Shown piece by piece: positions 10,798 through 20,021 of a stretch of DNA of 64,000 nt. A model generated the notes under the pieces. The model was given only the letters and a program-made list of their open reading frames with translations. It had not been told where the DNA came from and made no database searches. Numbering within the stretch: the stretch's first letter is position 1; each line of letters begins with the position of its first letter. A program made the position numbers and the translations under genes. Location: positions 960,001 to 1,024,000 of the forward strand of contig JAYQLI010000035.1 in NCBI GenBank assembly GCA_038143065.1. The letters run 5' to 3'. The DNA comes from Rhodospirillales bacterium (GTDB taxonomy: Bacteria > Pseudomonadota > Alphaproteobacteria > Bin95).

Positions 10798-11774
10798 TGG
10801 CTAATTGGATTGCATTAGCTGGCACGCAAGAACTTCCCATTGCTGAGGAGCTTGCTATCGCAGCGCTGGAGGGCGTCGCAGATACTCGTACGATTCCTCT
10901 GCCATACAAGAAACTTACTCCAGAAGAAGAAGCTCATTGGGCAAAGGAGCTCGCAGGGGCATCCGGTATCCTGCTTAGGTCGGGCTATCTGCCGGATTCG
11001 CTATTAGCTCTCTTACCGGTTCTGAAAGTTGTTGCAGTTCATGGCGCTGGGGTAGATCCGGTGGATATAGAAGCGTGCACCAAGCGCGGAATTAAAGTCA
11101 CCAATGCACCAGGTGCAAATGCTAACGCCGTTGCAGAATTAGTCTTTGGATTAATGCTAACTTTGTTACGCGGTATCCCCCAAGCCTCACAGTCTGCAAT
11201 GTTGGAGAAGGCGTGGGATACGGCGAGGGTAACAGGAGGGGAACTAAAGAACAGAACTCTTGGGCTCATAGGCTTTGGTCAGATTGGCAAACGCGTAGCC
11301 AAAATTGCACAGGCTTTTGGAATGGACGTGGCAGCCAGTGACCCAGCTGTAACTGAAGACGTTATGAACGCCGAAGGTGTCACCTCGATGCCGCTAGAAA
11401 CATTGTTTAACAAAAGTCACATTATTTCCCTTCATGCGCCAGCAATTCCTGCAACTAAACAAATGATTAATGCAGATTCCTTGCGGCAAATGCGAACAGA
11501 CGCTCTGCTGATTAACTGTGCTCGAGGGGCATTAGTTGATGAAGCAGCCTTAGCTGAAGCTCTTCGAAAAGGTCAAATCGCAGGAGCGGCGCTAGATGTT
11601 CTTGATGGCGAGCCGCCTGACCCCAATAGTCCGCTTTATCAAGCTCCCAATCTTCTCATCACCCCCCACATGGCAGGCTCCACGCTAGAGTGTCTAAACA
11701 CAATTGCAGCTGCATGCGGAGCAGACATCGCCTCTGTACTCATGGGTCAGATGCCCAAACACCCAGTTAACTAA
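10797..11774 (+). CDS. D-2-hydroxyacid dehydrogenase (SerA-like, no ACT domain)
   Basis: VTNAPGANANAVAE, GLIGFGQIG, INCARG, LDV..EP and TPHMAG; overlaps the upstream stop (TAATG). Confidence 0.92.
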   Translation: MANWIALAGTQELPIAEELAIAALEGVADTRTIPLPYKKLTPEEEAHWAKELAGASGILLRSGYLPDSLLALLPVLKVVAVHGAGVDPVDIEACTKRGIKVTNAPGANANAVAELVFGLMLTLLRGIPQASQSAMLEKAWDTARVTGGELKNRTLGLIGFGQIGKRVAKIAQAFGMDVAASDPAVTEDVMNAEGVTSMPLETLFNKSHIISLHAPAIPATKQMINADSLRQMRTDALLINCARGALVDEAALAEALRKGQIAGAALDVLDGEPPDPNSPLYQAPNLLITPHMAGSTLECLNTIAAACGADIASVLMGQMPKHPVN

Positions 11775-11895
11775 AAATTGAACCAACCTAAAACTTCTGA
11801 TTGGAAAAATGGCTATCTATCAGAATTATGCTGTTGGACATAGCTTGAGAGACTTTCAGAGCGACCACTAGGTTTTGAACCAAAAATTCAGCCTA

Positions 11896-12555
11896 TCACC
11901 TACCTGTTTCAGTACCTCCAAACAGGACAATTTGATCCTCAGGTTTCCAGGCAGGATATTTTGTCATTACAGATTGGAAGAGTTTGCTATCCAGTTGAGT
12001 ATTAAACCAGGCCTGCAGTAGAGGATATGGTGCTCCATCGAACCAGGCTTTGTCGACGAAAGCAAACTGTCGAACGAATGGAAATGCTGCGATATCTGGT
12101 AAGGTTATTCGAGAACCGAACAGCCCTGCCCCGTCATTCGCGGCCAACTTCTCTTCTAAAAGAGACAGGAATAACGCACCTTCATCACGATAGTCACTTT
12201 GCGAACGCTCCGGATGGTTCACAAAATATTTGTAACGATCGAGCGATCTTTTGAAACTCCCATCCAGTTCGCTGATAAAATCAGCTGCCGCATTAGCGGT
12301 CTCCAGCCAATCATCTGGATCATTGATAGCCAGCGCCCAAAACATCACGTCAATGCTTTCTTCTAGCACCGAGTCATTGGGCAAATGTAAAACGGGCACC
12401 GTCCCTTTGGGCGACAGCTCTAGCATAGCTGCGGGCTTGTCCCGAAGCACAACTTCACGCAGCTCGCAGGTAACGCCTGATTGCATGATGGCCATTCTAG
12501 CCCGCATGGCATAAGGGCAGCGCCTAAACGAATATAGGACAGGATAGCTTTGCAT
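11896..12555 (-). CDS. Glutathione S-transferase family protein
   Basis: LYSFRRCPYAMRAR, SPKGTVPVL, ESIDVM and DIAAFPFVRQF. Confidence 0.93.
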   Translation of the reverse strand: MQSYPVLYSFRRCPYAMRARMAIMQSGVTCELREVVLRDKPAAMLELSPKGTVPVLHLPNDSVLEESIDVMFWALAINDPDDWLETANAAADFISELDGSFKRSLDRYKYFVNHPERSQSDYRDEGALFLSLLEEKLAANDGAGLFGSRITLPDIAAFPFVRQFAFVDKAWFDGAPYPLLQAWFNTQLDSKLFQSVMTKYPAWKPEDQIVLFGGTETGR

Positions 12556-12561
12556 AGTCTA

Positions 12562-13479
12562 TCAGTCGTCTCCGTCTTTTCGCGCCTCTGCCAAGTCCAT
12601 CTGTTTTTGGCGTTCCTTCAGCCCAGCAACTTTCGCGGCACTATGCTTTCCATAACAATGGGGACAGGACACACCAAGTTGATAATGTGGCGAGGCTAAA
12701 TCCACCTCTGACAAAGGCATACGGCAACCGAAGCAAGATATATACTTGCCTGGTGCCAGATTTTCGTCGACAGAAACGCGCTCATCGAAAACAAAGCATT
12801 CACCACTCCAGAGGCTTTCATCCTTATCGACAGTCTCCAAGTATTTCAGGATCCCACCATCCAAGTGATATACTTCCTCAAATCCCTGCCTAAGAAGGTA
12901 GTTTGTTGCTTTTTCACAGCGAATACCGCCAGTACAGAACATCGCAATTTTGCGATGTTTCTGTGGGTCAAGCTGCGTATCAACAAAGTGAGGAAACTCC
13001 CGGAAAGATGTAGTATTTGGGGATATCGCATTTTTAAATGTGCCAATTGCGCACTCAAAATCGTTTCGCGTATCGATCGTAAGCACTTCCGGATCCGTTA
13101 TAATATCATTCCAACGCTTGGCATCAACTCGTTCCCCACACAACTTATTAGGGTCTGTATCTGGTACCCCCATAGTTACGATTTCTCGCTTTAGTCGAAC
13201 CTTCATACGCCGGAAAGGCGACGACGCTGCATAAGATTCTTTGTGCTGCAATGTCTCGAAACGGGGATCCGCTTTCAAAAACTCCAACAAGGCATCCATC
13301 CCTGTTCGGGGACCAGCCACCGTGCCATTAAGACCCTCATACGCTAAAAGGATCGTGCCTTTTATCTGGTTTTGAACGCAGACATGTAACAATCTTGGCT
13401 TTAGTGCCTCGATGTCATCTAGGGTAACAAAGTGGTACATTGCAACCACAATGGTTGTCTTTTCGGATGGGCTGCTCAT
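12562..13479 (-). CDS. trhO: tRNA uridine-34 hydroxylase TrhO (YceA, rhodanese domain)
   Basis: GTILLAYEGLNGT, KVRLKREIVTMG, IDTRN, MFCTGGIRCEKA, LDGGILKY and CFVFDERV. Confidence 0.93.
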   Translation of the reverse strand: MSSPSEKTTIVVAMYHFVTLDDIEALKPRLLHVCVQNQIKGTILLAYEGLNGTVAGPRTGMDALLEFLKADPRFETLQHKESYAASSPFRRMKVRLKREIVTMGVPDTDPNKLCGERVDAKRWNDIITDPEVLTIDTRNDFECAIGTFKNAISPNTTSFREFPHFVDTQLDPQKHRKIAMFCTGGIRCEKATNYLLRQGFEEVYHLDGGILKYLETVDKDESLWSGECFVFDERVSVDENLAPGKYISCFGCRMPLSEVDLASPHYQLGVSCPHCYGKHSAAKVAGLKERQKQMDLAEARKDGDD

Positions 13480-13492
13480 TACTCACCGTCCT

Positions 13493-14266
13493 CTATTCTG
13501 GATAGTCCCGAGCAAAAACTAGGCGATGTGCTTTTGAGGCAGATGACTGAAACACGTAGCCACCAGTATTAAAATCTTTCAGGTCATCAACCATTTCAGC
13601 ACGATTTTTTACTACGAAGCGAGCCATCGCTCCGCGTGCTTTCTTAGCGTGAAAGCTTACAACCTTTTCCACCCCACCCTTACGTTCCAAGAAAACAGGC
13701 TCAACAATGGTTAAATTTAGTGTTTTTTGGTCTACTGATCCGAAATATTCCTGGCTGGCACAGTTTAACAGCAGGTTTGCACCTTCAGCCTCAGCCTCTG
13801 AATTCAGGGTTTGGGCGAGTTTTTTGCCCCAAAATTCGTATAGGTTCGATCCGCGAGAGGTTTGCAGGCGGCTTCCCATTTCAAGTCTGTAGGGCTGAAT
13901 TCGATCCATGGGCCGCAATAATCCGTAGAGGCCGGATAAGATACGCAAGCGTCGCTGCGCAAAAGCCATGTCAGATTGATTTAGTGTTTTGGCTTCGAGG
14001 CCTTGATAGGTGTCTCCTCCAAAGGCCAGGACTGCCGGTTTAACAAGATCTGCAGACGGAGCAGCCGAAAACGCCTTGAACCGTTCAAAATTTAGCTTTG
14101 CAAGTGGTTCGCTAATACTCATGAGTTTTTGGAGATCAGACGTCGATAGCTTGCGCGCAGTTTTTGCCAAAGCCAGCGCTTCTTTCTGAAACGCCGGATC
14201 CGTCGCCGACGACATCTCAACCGGCGTGAAATCTAAGCGTTTAGCAGGAGATATTACTGTCAGCAT
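13493..14266 (-). CDS. yaaA: Peroxide stress protein YaaA
   Basis: MLTVISPAK start, ILSGLYGLLRP, YRLEMG, NCASQEYF and AKKARGAMARF. Confidence 0.95.
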   Translation of the reverse strand: MLTVISPAKRLDFTPVEMSSATDPAFQKEALALAKTARKLSTSDLQKLMSISEPLAKLNFERFKAFSAAPSADLVKPAVLAFGGDTYQGLEAKTLNQSDMAFAQRRLRILSGLYGLLRPMDRIQPYRLEMGSRLQTSRGSNLYEFWGKKLAQTLNSEAEAEGANLLLNCASQEYFGSVDQKTLNLTIVEPVFLERKGGVEKVVSFHAKKARGAMARFVVKNRAEMVDDLKDFNTGGYVFQSSASKAHRLVFARDYPE

Positions 14267-14558
14267 AGATGGTCCTTGCGTCGTGTTCACATTAAAAACT
14301 GTTATACCGCAACTAGTGCTGCAAACCACTCCTCGATAGTTACAGTATTGCACTAGAGAGCTACATTTTTGAAAAAGAGTTAAAGTCAAACACTGCATGA
14401 GTTTGAAAAGGAGCACCAAGAAATCAGCAGATCTAAATCTTTTAGACACGACTTTAATGCGTACAGCAGTGACCTCCGTCACCCCCCGCGCTTCAGCAAT
14501 GAACCTACACGGCCTTTGCTCCTAACCCTGATGAACACACTTAATCAAAAATTAAAAG

Positions 14559-14590
14559 TTGACATCTAAGCGTCAGTAATCGAGTAATCT
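14559..14590 (+). promoter_or_regulatory. Probable sigma70 promoter of the metZ leader
   Basis: TTGACA at 14559 with AGTAAT/TAATCT 18-20 nt downstream, immediately before the riboswitch. Confidence 0.5.
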
Positions 14591-14591
14591 T

Positions 14592-14656
14592 ACGTGTGGA
14601 GATTTGAGCGACCAGCTTGCGGGCCACGTTAAATAAACTGCTAAAGAGGTTGGTGC
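14592..14656 (+). ncRNA. SAM-II (SAM_alpha) riboswitch
   Basis: GTGGAGATTTG...GCTTGCGGGCCACGTTAAA...GCTAAAG fits the SAM_alpha pattern (GTGG/CCAC stem, GATTT loop, GCTAAA); pseudoknot pairing ACCAGC/GTTGGT; lies upstream of metZ. Confidence 0.9.
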
Positions 14657-14659
14657 GAT

Positions 14660-14688
14660 GCCCGGCCCTTTGCGGTCGGGTTTTTTTA
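14660..14688 (+). terminator. Intrinsic terminator in the metZ leader (attenuator)
   Basis: GCCCGGCC-CTTTGC-GGTCGGGT hairpin followed by a T-tract. Confidence 0.85.
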
Positions 14689-14751
14689 TCCGTCTCGTCA
14701 AAGTTACAACGGCCTCCCACTGGCTGAAAGGTTCTTTTGGAGTCGTTAAAA

Positions 14752-15942
14752 ATGTTTGGGTATCGCAAATTACCGGAAGGTGTGTCATCTCGCACTCAAT
14801 CCATTCATGCTGGCCAGTTGCCAAGCCAATATATGGAAAATGCAGAAGCTATTTATATGACTTCAGGCTTCACTTATGGATCGGCGGAGGAAGCTGAAGC
14901 TGCTTTTAAAGGTGAAGTCGAGCGGTATGTTTACTCTCGATATGCAAATCCTACAGTTTCAATGTTTGAAGAACGCCTGCGCTTACTTGAAGGCGCAGAG
15001 GACTGTATGGCAACTGGTTCGGGCATGGCTGCGGTATTTGCCGCCCTCGCCTGCCAGATTGGTGCTGGGGAACGTTTGGTAGCAAGTCGCGCTTTATTCA
15101 GCTCGTGTCATGTAATTGCAACTCAAATTTTGCCTCGCTTTGGCGTTGAAACAGAATTAGTTGACGGCACCGATCTAAACGCCTGGGAAAAGGCACTCTC
15201 CAAACCGACCAAGATCGCATTTCTAGAGAGCCCCTCAAATCCAACTCTGGAGATCCTAGATATAGCTAAAGTAGCATCTATGGCTCATGCTGCTGGCGCA
15301 AAGCTTGTTGTTGATAATGTTTTTGCAACACCCATCATGCAAAAACCATTAGATTTGGGCGCAGATATTGTAACTTATTCGACTACAAAACATATCGATG
15401 GCCAGGGTCGCAGTCTTGGTGGAGCTGTTCTCGCTTCTGAGGAATTTGTAGCCGAAAAATTACTGCCCTTCCTACGCCACACGGGTCCAGCGCTAAGCCC
15501 ATTCAATGCTTGGATAGGGCTAAAGGGCCTAGAAACTCTTGAACTTCGCGTACGAGCAGCTGAGACTAGCGCCGCAAAAGTGGCGGACTTCTTGAGCACC
15601 CATCCAGGTGTAGAAAACGTTATTTATCCTGGACGAAAGGACTGCCCAGGTCACGCACTTGCGGCACAGCAAATGCAAGGTTTTGGAACTCTTACGACTT
15701 TTCGGCTCACCGGCGGCAAAGCTCATTGCTTTGAAACTTTGAACAAACTTCAAACAATCCGGATTTCAAATAATCTTGGCGATGCCAAAAGTTTGATATG
15801 CCACCCAGATACCACCACTCATGCAAAAGTACCACCGGAGGAAAAACAGCGCCTTGGAATTGGTTCAAATATGCTGCGACTTTCAGTAGGACTTGAAGCC
15901 ACTGCCGACATCATTAGTGATCTGGACAATGCTTTAAAGTAG
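14752..15942 (+). CDS. metZ: O-succinylhomoserine sulfhydrylase
   Basis: YSRYANPT, SGMAAV, ESPSNP, VVDNVFATP, YSTTKHIDGQGR (PLP lysine) and ISNNLGDAKS. Confidence 0.96.
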   Translation: MFGYRKLPEGVSSRTQSIHAGQLPSQYMENAEAIYMTSGFTYGSAEEAEAAFKGEVERYVYSRYANPTVSMFEERLRLLEGAEDCMATGSGMAAVFAALACQIGAGERLVASRALFSSCHVIATQILPRFGVETELVDGTDLNAWEKALSKPTKIAFLESPSNPTLEILDIAKVASMAHAAGAKLVVDNVFATPIMQKPLDLGADIVTYSTTKHIDGQGRSLGGAVLASEEFVAEKLLPFLRHTGPALSPFNAWIGLKGLETLELRVRAAETSAAKVADFLSTHPGVENVIYPGRKDCPGHALAAQQMQGFGTLTTFRLTGGKAHCFETLNKLQTIRISNNLGDAKSLICHPDTTTHAKVPPEEKQRLGIGSNMLRLSVGLEATADIISDLDNALK

Positions 15943-16065
15943 CTGCGGCCCTCGCCAATTTCTGTAGCCAAGCTAGATTAATACCGATGTTGCTGAAATA
16001 GGATGCAAGACCTAATTTTGGTTTAAAAATGTTATATCAAGGTTTACCTAAGGTACCTCATACTA

Positions 16066-16458
16066 ATGTATAGCGAACAGACAGACGACTTAGTCGTCAA
16101 CGTGACCCCAGAATTTCTTGAGGAACACTCACGTCCACAAGAAGGACATTTTGTTTGGGCCTACCACATCACAATCATCAATAGAGGAAAAAGGCAGGTC
16201 CAACTGATTAATCGTTATTGGAAAATCATTGATGCACGGGGACGAGTTCAGGAAGTTCGCGGGGCAGGGGTCGTAGGTGAACAACCCGTGTTAGCTCCTG
16301 GCCAGGAGTTTAGCTATACAAGCGGCTGTCCATTGGAGACTCCTCAGGAGTTATGATGGGATCGTATGAGATGGTGGCCGAAGATGGCTCTCAATTTGAT
16401 ATTTCAATTCCAACCTTTTCTCTCGACTCTCTCCCTTGCAAATATGGCAGTGAATTAG
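16066..16458 (+). CDS. apaG: ApaG protein (frameshift near 16343, possibly a second near 16430)
   Basis: [19 protein letters not shown] and YTSGCPL; shifted frame continues GVMMGSYEM...IPTFSLDS. Confidence 0.93.
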
Positions 16459-16522
16459 TCGCGAAACATTTTTCCCAGAGGCAAAAGATGTCTCACGGGT
16501 TTTCCTAATCGGGAATATAATA

Positions 16523-17969
16523 ATGGACTTTCGGCCGATCGCATTCATGACCGGTCTGTTGCTTTCCGGCCTAGCGCTAGCGATGGCGCCACCCGCAGTT
16601 GCAGATCTTATGAATGACCACGAAAACTGGTTGGTTTTCATTGCTGCGATGGGCATGACTTTATTTATTGGCGTTGGACTAGCTGTTTCTTGCTGGCAAG
16701 GGAGTGCGTTTCGGATCTCTCTGCGAGAAACGTTTGTTCTAACTAGTTTTAGCTGGGCTGCGCTAGCTGCTTTCGGAGCTCTTCCATTCGTTTTCTCAGA
16801 CCTGCAGCTTAGTTACACAGACGCCTATTTTGAGGCTATGTCCGGTTTAACCACAACAGGTTCCACAGTAATCTCTGGCCTAGATTTTGCAGCACCAGGT
16901 CTTCTTCTTTGGAGAGCTATCCTTCAATGGATTGGTGGAATTGGGATTATTGTTACCGCAATCGCTGTTATGCCGGCTCTAGGTGTTGGAGGCATGCAGT
17001 TATTCCGAGCGGAAGCCCTAGAACAAAATGAAAAAGTTTTACCCCGTGCTGCGCAAATAGCATTTGGAATTGGCAGCCTTTACATGGGGTACGGTTCTGG
17101 TTGCAATTGCCTACTGGCTAATTGGTATGAATGGTTTTGATGCTGTTACACACTCCATGACTACAATTTCAACTGGTGGATACGCGAATTACGACTCTTC
17201 TTTTGCCGTCTTTGAAGGCGAAGCTGTGCCTTTAATTGCCATCTTAGGAATGATACTCGGCTCATTACCGTTCGTCGCTTATTTGAAAGCGATCAAGGTG
17301 TCTCCACGCAGTTTGCTAACCGATCCACAAATTCGAGGGTTCATAATAACCATCGTTTTCTTCACTACACTAGTTGTCCTAGCTCGGGGCCGTGCAGCGG
17401 ATGAAGGCATAGTTAGCTTCCTTGCAGAGTCAATGTTCAACGTTGTTTCTATTCTCACTGGAACTGGATTTGTTCATGGAGACTTCGAAAGCTGGGGGCC
17501 ATTTGCCCAACCTATCTTTTTGATTCTGATGTTTATTGGGGGGTGTGCAGGCTCCACAACATGTGCAATTAAAATCTTCCGATTCCAAGTGCTTATTGCT
17601 GGGGCTAAATCTCAACTTAGAAGAATGGCTCGCCCCCATCGTATTGCACCAGCACATTACTCTGGAAAACCTCTTAGCTCAGAGGCAGACAACTCTGTAC
17701 TTGCCTTCTTTTTCCTTTATATCGCCTGTTTTTCCGCGCTAATCGTTGGTCTGAGTTTAACTGGTGTAGAGGGTATTACGGCTATCAGCGGAGCAGCAAC
17801 TGCAATTTCTAACGTAGGACCAGGCCTTGGCCCAGAAATAGGACCATCTGGTAACTTTGCTACATTGCCTGACACAGCAAAATGGATACTTGCAGCAGGT
17901 ATGCTGTTAGGCCGCCTCGAATTATTTACTCTCTTAATTCTTTTGCTTCCACGATTTTGGCGGTCATAA
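16523..17969 (+). CDS. trkH: TrkH potassium uptake membrane protein (frameshift near 17085)
   Basis: FEAMSGLTTTGST, LQWIGGIGI, TISTGG, FIGGCAGST, SNVGPGLG and MLLGRLE. Confidence 0.95.
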
Positions 17970-17992
17970 CGCAACTTGCAGTATTTCATTAC

Positions 17993-18020
17993 TTGACGAC
18001 TGCAAACCAAAAAATAGTTT
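17993..18020 (+). promoter_or_regulatory. Candidate sigma70 promoter giving a leaderless transcript of the 18027 ORF
   Basis: TTGACG-N16-TAGTTT ends 6 nt before ATG 18027; no Shine-Dalgarno; the spacer contains an A-run that may be under-called. Confidence 0.5.
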
Positions 18021-18026
18021 TTCGTT

Positions 18027-18797
18027 ATGTCCATCACTCGAAGACCACTAGATAAAGAAACCATTATTCTCAAGGATACTGATGGGAATTTTTTGCCATA
18101 TGAGGAAACTTTTTTTACGACCGAATTGAGAAAACTTTTAAAAAGATACAATGACGTTCTTTCTGAAACTGTGATTTCCCATCCCGTTTATTCTCTATCC
18201 GCATTCACTTACTACCTGTTCAGTCACAAAGACACAGAACTTGCAGGGACATTCCATAACGAATGGCAATCAATATCTCCAAAAGAACGACAGAATATTT
18301 TGTTTGATGGCACCGCCACATTGGAAATAGATTATGGGCCGCTTTGCCCATACCTAATTTATGCAGAACGCAGTCTTGCTATCCCCGACAGACTCATTCC
18401 TTTGAGAAAATTTCTATTACCGGATGTGTTTAAAAACGATCGATGTTCCAGCACTGAAATGAAACGCATGTTCGGAATTATGTTGATCACCAGAACTCAG
18501 CGCGAAGCTCTACAAATTTATGGTGGTTCTATTTCCAATACACGAGAAATCTTTGAGGCAACCAAAAGGCAGTTTGTCGAAATAGCCGATGAATTTTGTT
18601 CTGGTAAAAAAGATCAAGCAGTTCAGCGGAATTTTATGTTTACTCGTGCCGTATTCGAGAAATTTACCACAGCTCGCAAGCCCATAGTAGCAATTCAAAA
18701 TAGCTTCGTTGTTAAAAAATCAGAGGTACAATTCCTAATGGAAGTAATTTACGACACTCTCGAAGACACGTTTTCTCTGATAACTGCATCAGATTAA
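18027..18797 (+). CDS. Hypothetical protein resembling a degenerate family-A polymerase-like palm/fingers domain
   Basis: Intact AT-rich 256-aa ORF. ETIILKD, YNDVL, WQSI, TLEIDY (motif A-like), IADEFCSG and PIVAIQNSFVV (motif C-like) follow the order I recall from GGRFY/E.DY/P.HDSFIV proteins; recognition only, no search. Confidence 0.6.
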   Translation: MSITRRPLDKETIILKDTDGNFLPYEETFFTTELRKLLKRYNDVLSETVISHPVYSLSAFTYYLFSHKDTELAGTFHNEWQSISPKERQNILFDGTATLEIDYGPLCPYLIYAERSLAIPDRLIPLRKFLLPDVFKNDRCSSTEMKRMFGIMLITRTQREALQIYGGSISNTREIFEATKRQFVEIADEFCSGKKDQAVQRNFMFTRAVFEKFTTARKPIVAIQNSFVVKKSEVQFLMEVIYDTLEDTFSLITASD

Positions 18798-18835
18798 CCG
18801 CCATAAAATTTTTTTGTTTAAAATTTAGCAGCACC

Positions 18836-18860
18836 TACCTGTACTTCTTACAGTAGGCCT
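18836..18860. terminator. Hairpin between convergent genes
   Basis: CCTA-C-CTGTA-CTTCT-TACAG-TAGG inverted repeat. Confidence 0.45.
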
Positions 18861-18866
18861 TAATCT

Positions 18867-20021
18867 CTAGCGCTTTCCTCGCGCGTCCACTGGCCAAATA
18901 TCTATAAGCATATCGCCGCGGCATACATGGTAACAATCATGCAAATTAACAGTGGGGTCACAATGTGGTGTCACGCACTCTAGCATGTCACCAAGCTTTA
19001 AAGGTTCAGCACCTACAGGCAGGGAGACGCGACCATGCTCATCACCAGACCAACTATACTCAGCGCCCTCTGGAGCACCTTTTGTAATCCGAGGTTTAGG
19101 GCCATCAGTGGCAAAGGCTTTAAGACCCCCATCTGTGGTTACAAATCCATCATGTTGAGATGAGACAACTGATGTTGCAATAAAAAGAGCGTCATGGAAT
19201 GGCTGCCCGCCATCCTCGCGTAAGCTAACACGATCATAGTCCACATCCATTACAGTAAACGACCCAGCCTGAAGCTCTGCTAGCCCACCAGCGGATGCTT
19301 CAAGCGCATGCGTTCCAGTACCCCCACCAGTCATCAGTGGAGGAGGAAGGCCAATATCTTTCAGGGCATTTTCGACCTGAAGCATTTGCTCAGCCACCCC
19401 CCTGGTGCCAGACATTCGTTCTTCAAAGTCAACGATATGTTGCAAGTGGCCAGCATAGCCCTGCAATCCCCCAAACCGAAGATGTGGAGCAGCTGCTATC
19501 TCTCTAGCAAGTGCAACTGCCTGCTGAGCCGAGGGCACCCCAGTGCGTTTTGAGCCCACGTCGATATCAATAAACAACGTTAGATGCTTTTTACCAAACT
19601 TTGCTGTCGCCTCTGTCAACATGGCAACATTTGCGGGGTCATCAACAACTACTGCCAAATCTTCAGCTTCTTCGTTCAACTCCAATAGACGCTTAATTTT
19701 TGATTCTTGGACTACTGGGCTTGTTATCAAGATTCCTGAGACCCCCGCATAACCAAGGGCTTCAGCCTCACCTAACGTTGCACAGCATGCTCCAACCGCT
19801 CCCGCCTCAATAAGCATTTTTGCTATTGCCACCGATTTGTGGGTCTTGGCGTGCGGCCGCAAGCGCAGTCCTGCTGCCGTGGTCCACTGGATCATTTCCT
19901 TGATATTCTGCTCAACAATGTCGAGATCTAGCACCAGTGAAGGCGTGGAGAGTTTATTGCGGGAGCCCGGCACCCCAATGAGACTGACATTTGGAGAAAG
20001 TTCAGCAGTTTTGTGACGCAT
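18867..20021 (-). CDS. DSD1-family fold-type III PLP enzyme (D-threonine aldolase / D-hydroxyaspartate aldolase-like)
   Basis: TPSLVLDLD, RPHAKTHKS (PLP lysine), GLQGYAGH, GGGTGT, ELQAGS, DEHG and PHCDPTVNLHD. Confidence 0.92.
   Translation of the reverse strand: MRHKTAELSPNVSLIGVPGSRNKLSTPSLVLDLDIVEQNIKEMIQWTTAAGLRLRPHAKTHKSVAIAKMLIEAGAVGACCATLGEAEALGYAGVSGILITSPVVQESKIKRLLELNEEAEDLAVVVDDPANVAMLTEATAKFGKKHLTLFIDIDVGSKRTGVPSAQQAVALAREIAAAPHLRFGGLQGYAGHLQHIVDFEERMSGTRGVAEQMLQVENALKDIGLPPPLMTGGGTGTHALEASAGGLAELQAGSFTVMDVDYDRVSLREDGGQPFHDALFIATSVVSSQHDGFVTTDGGLKAFATDGPKPRITKGAPEGAEYSWSGDEHGRVSLPVGAEPLKLGDMLECVTPHCDPTVNLHDCYHVCRGDMLIDIWPVDARGKR

Noticed and set aside
11778-11883. 9-bp direct repeat TTGAACCAA flanking about 90 bp with short inverted ends (MITE-like)
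   Set aside because: The inverted ends are only 4-6 bp, there is no second copy in the window, and such a repeat is plausible by chance in AT-rich spacers
14267-14482. 72-aa N-terminal extension of YaaA in the ORF track
   Set aside because: The family begins at MLTVISPAK (14266), which has an AAGGA ribosome-binding site; the extension shows no recognisable protein features
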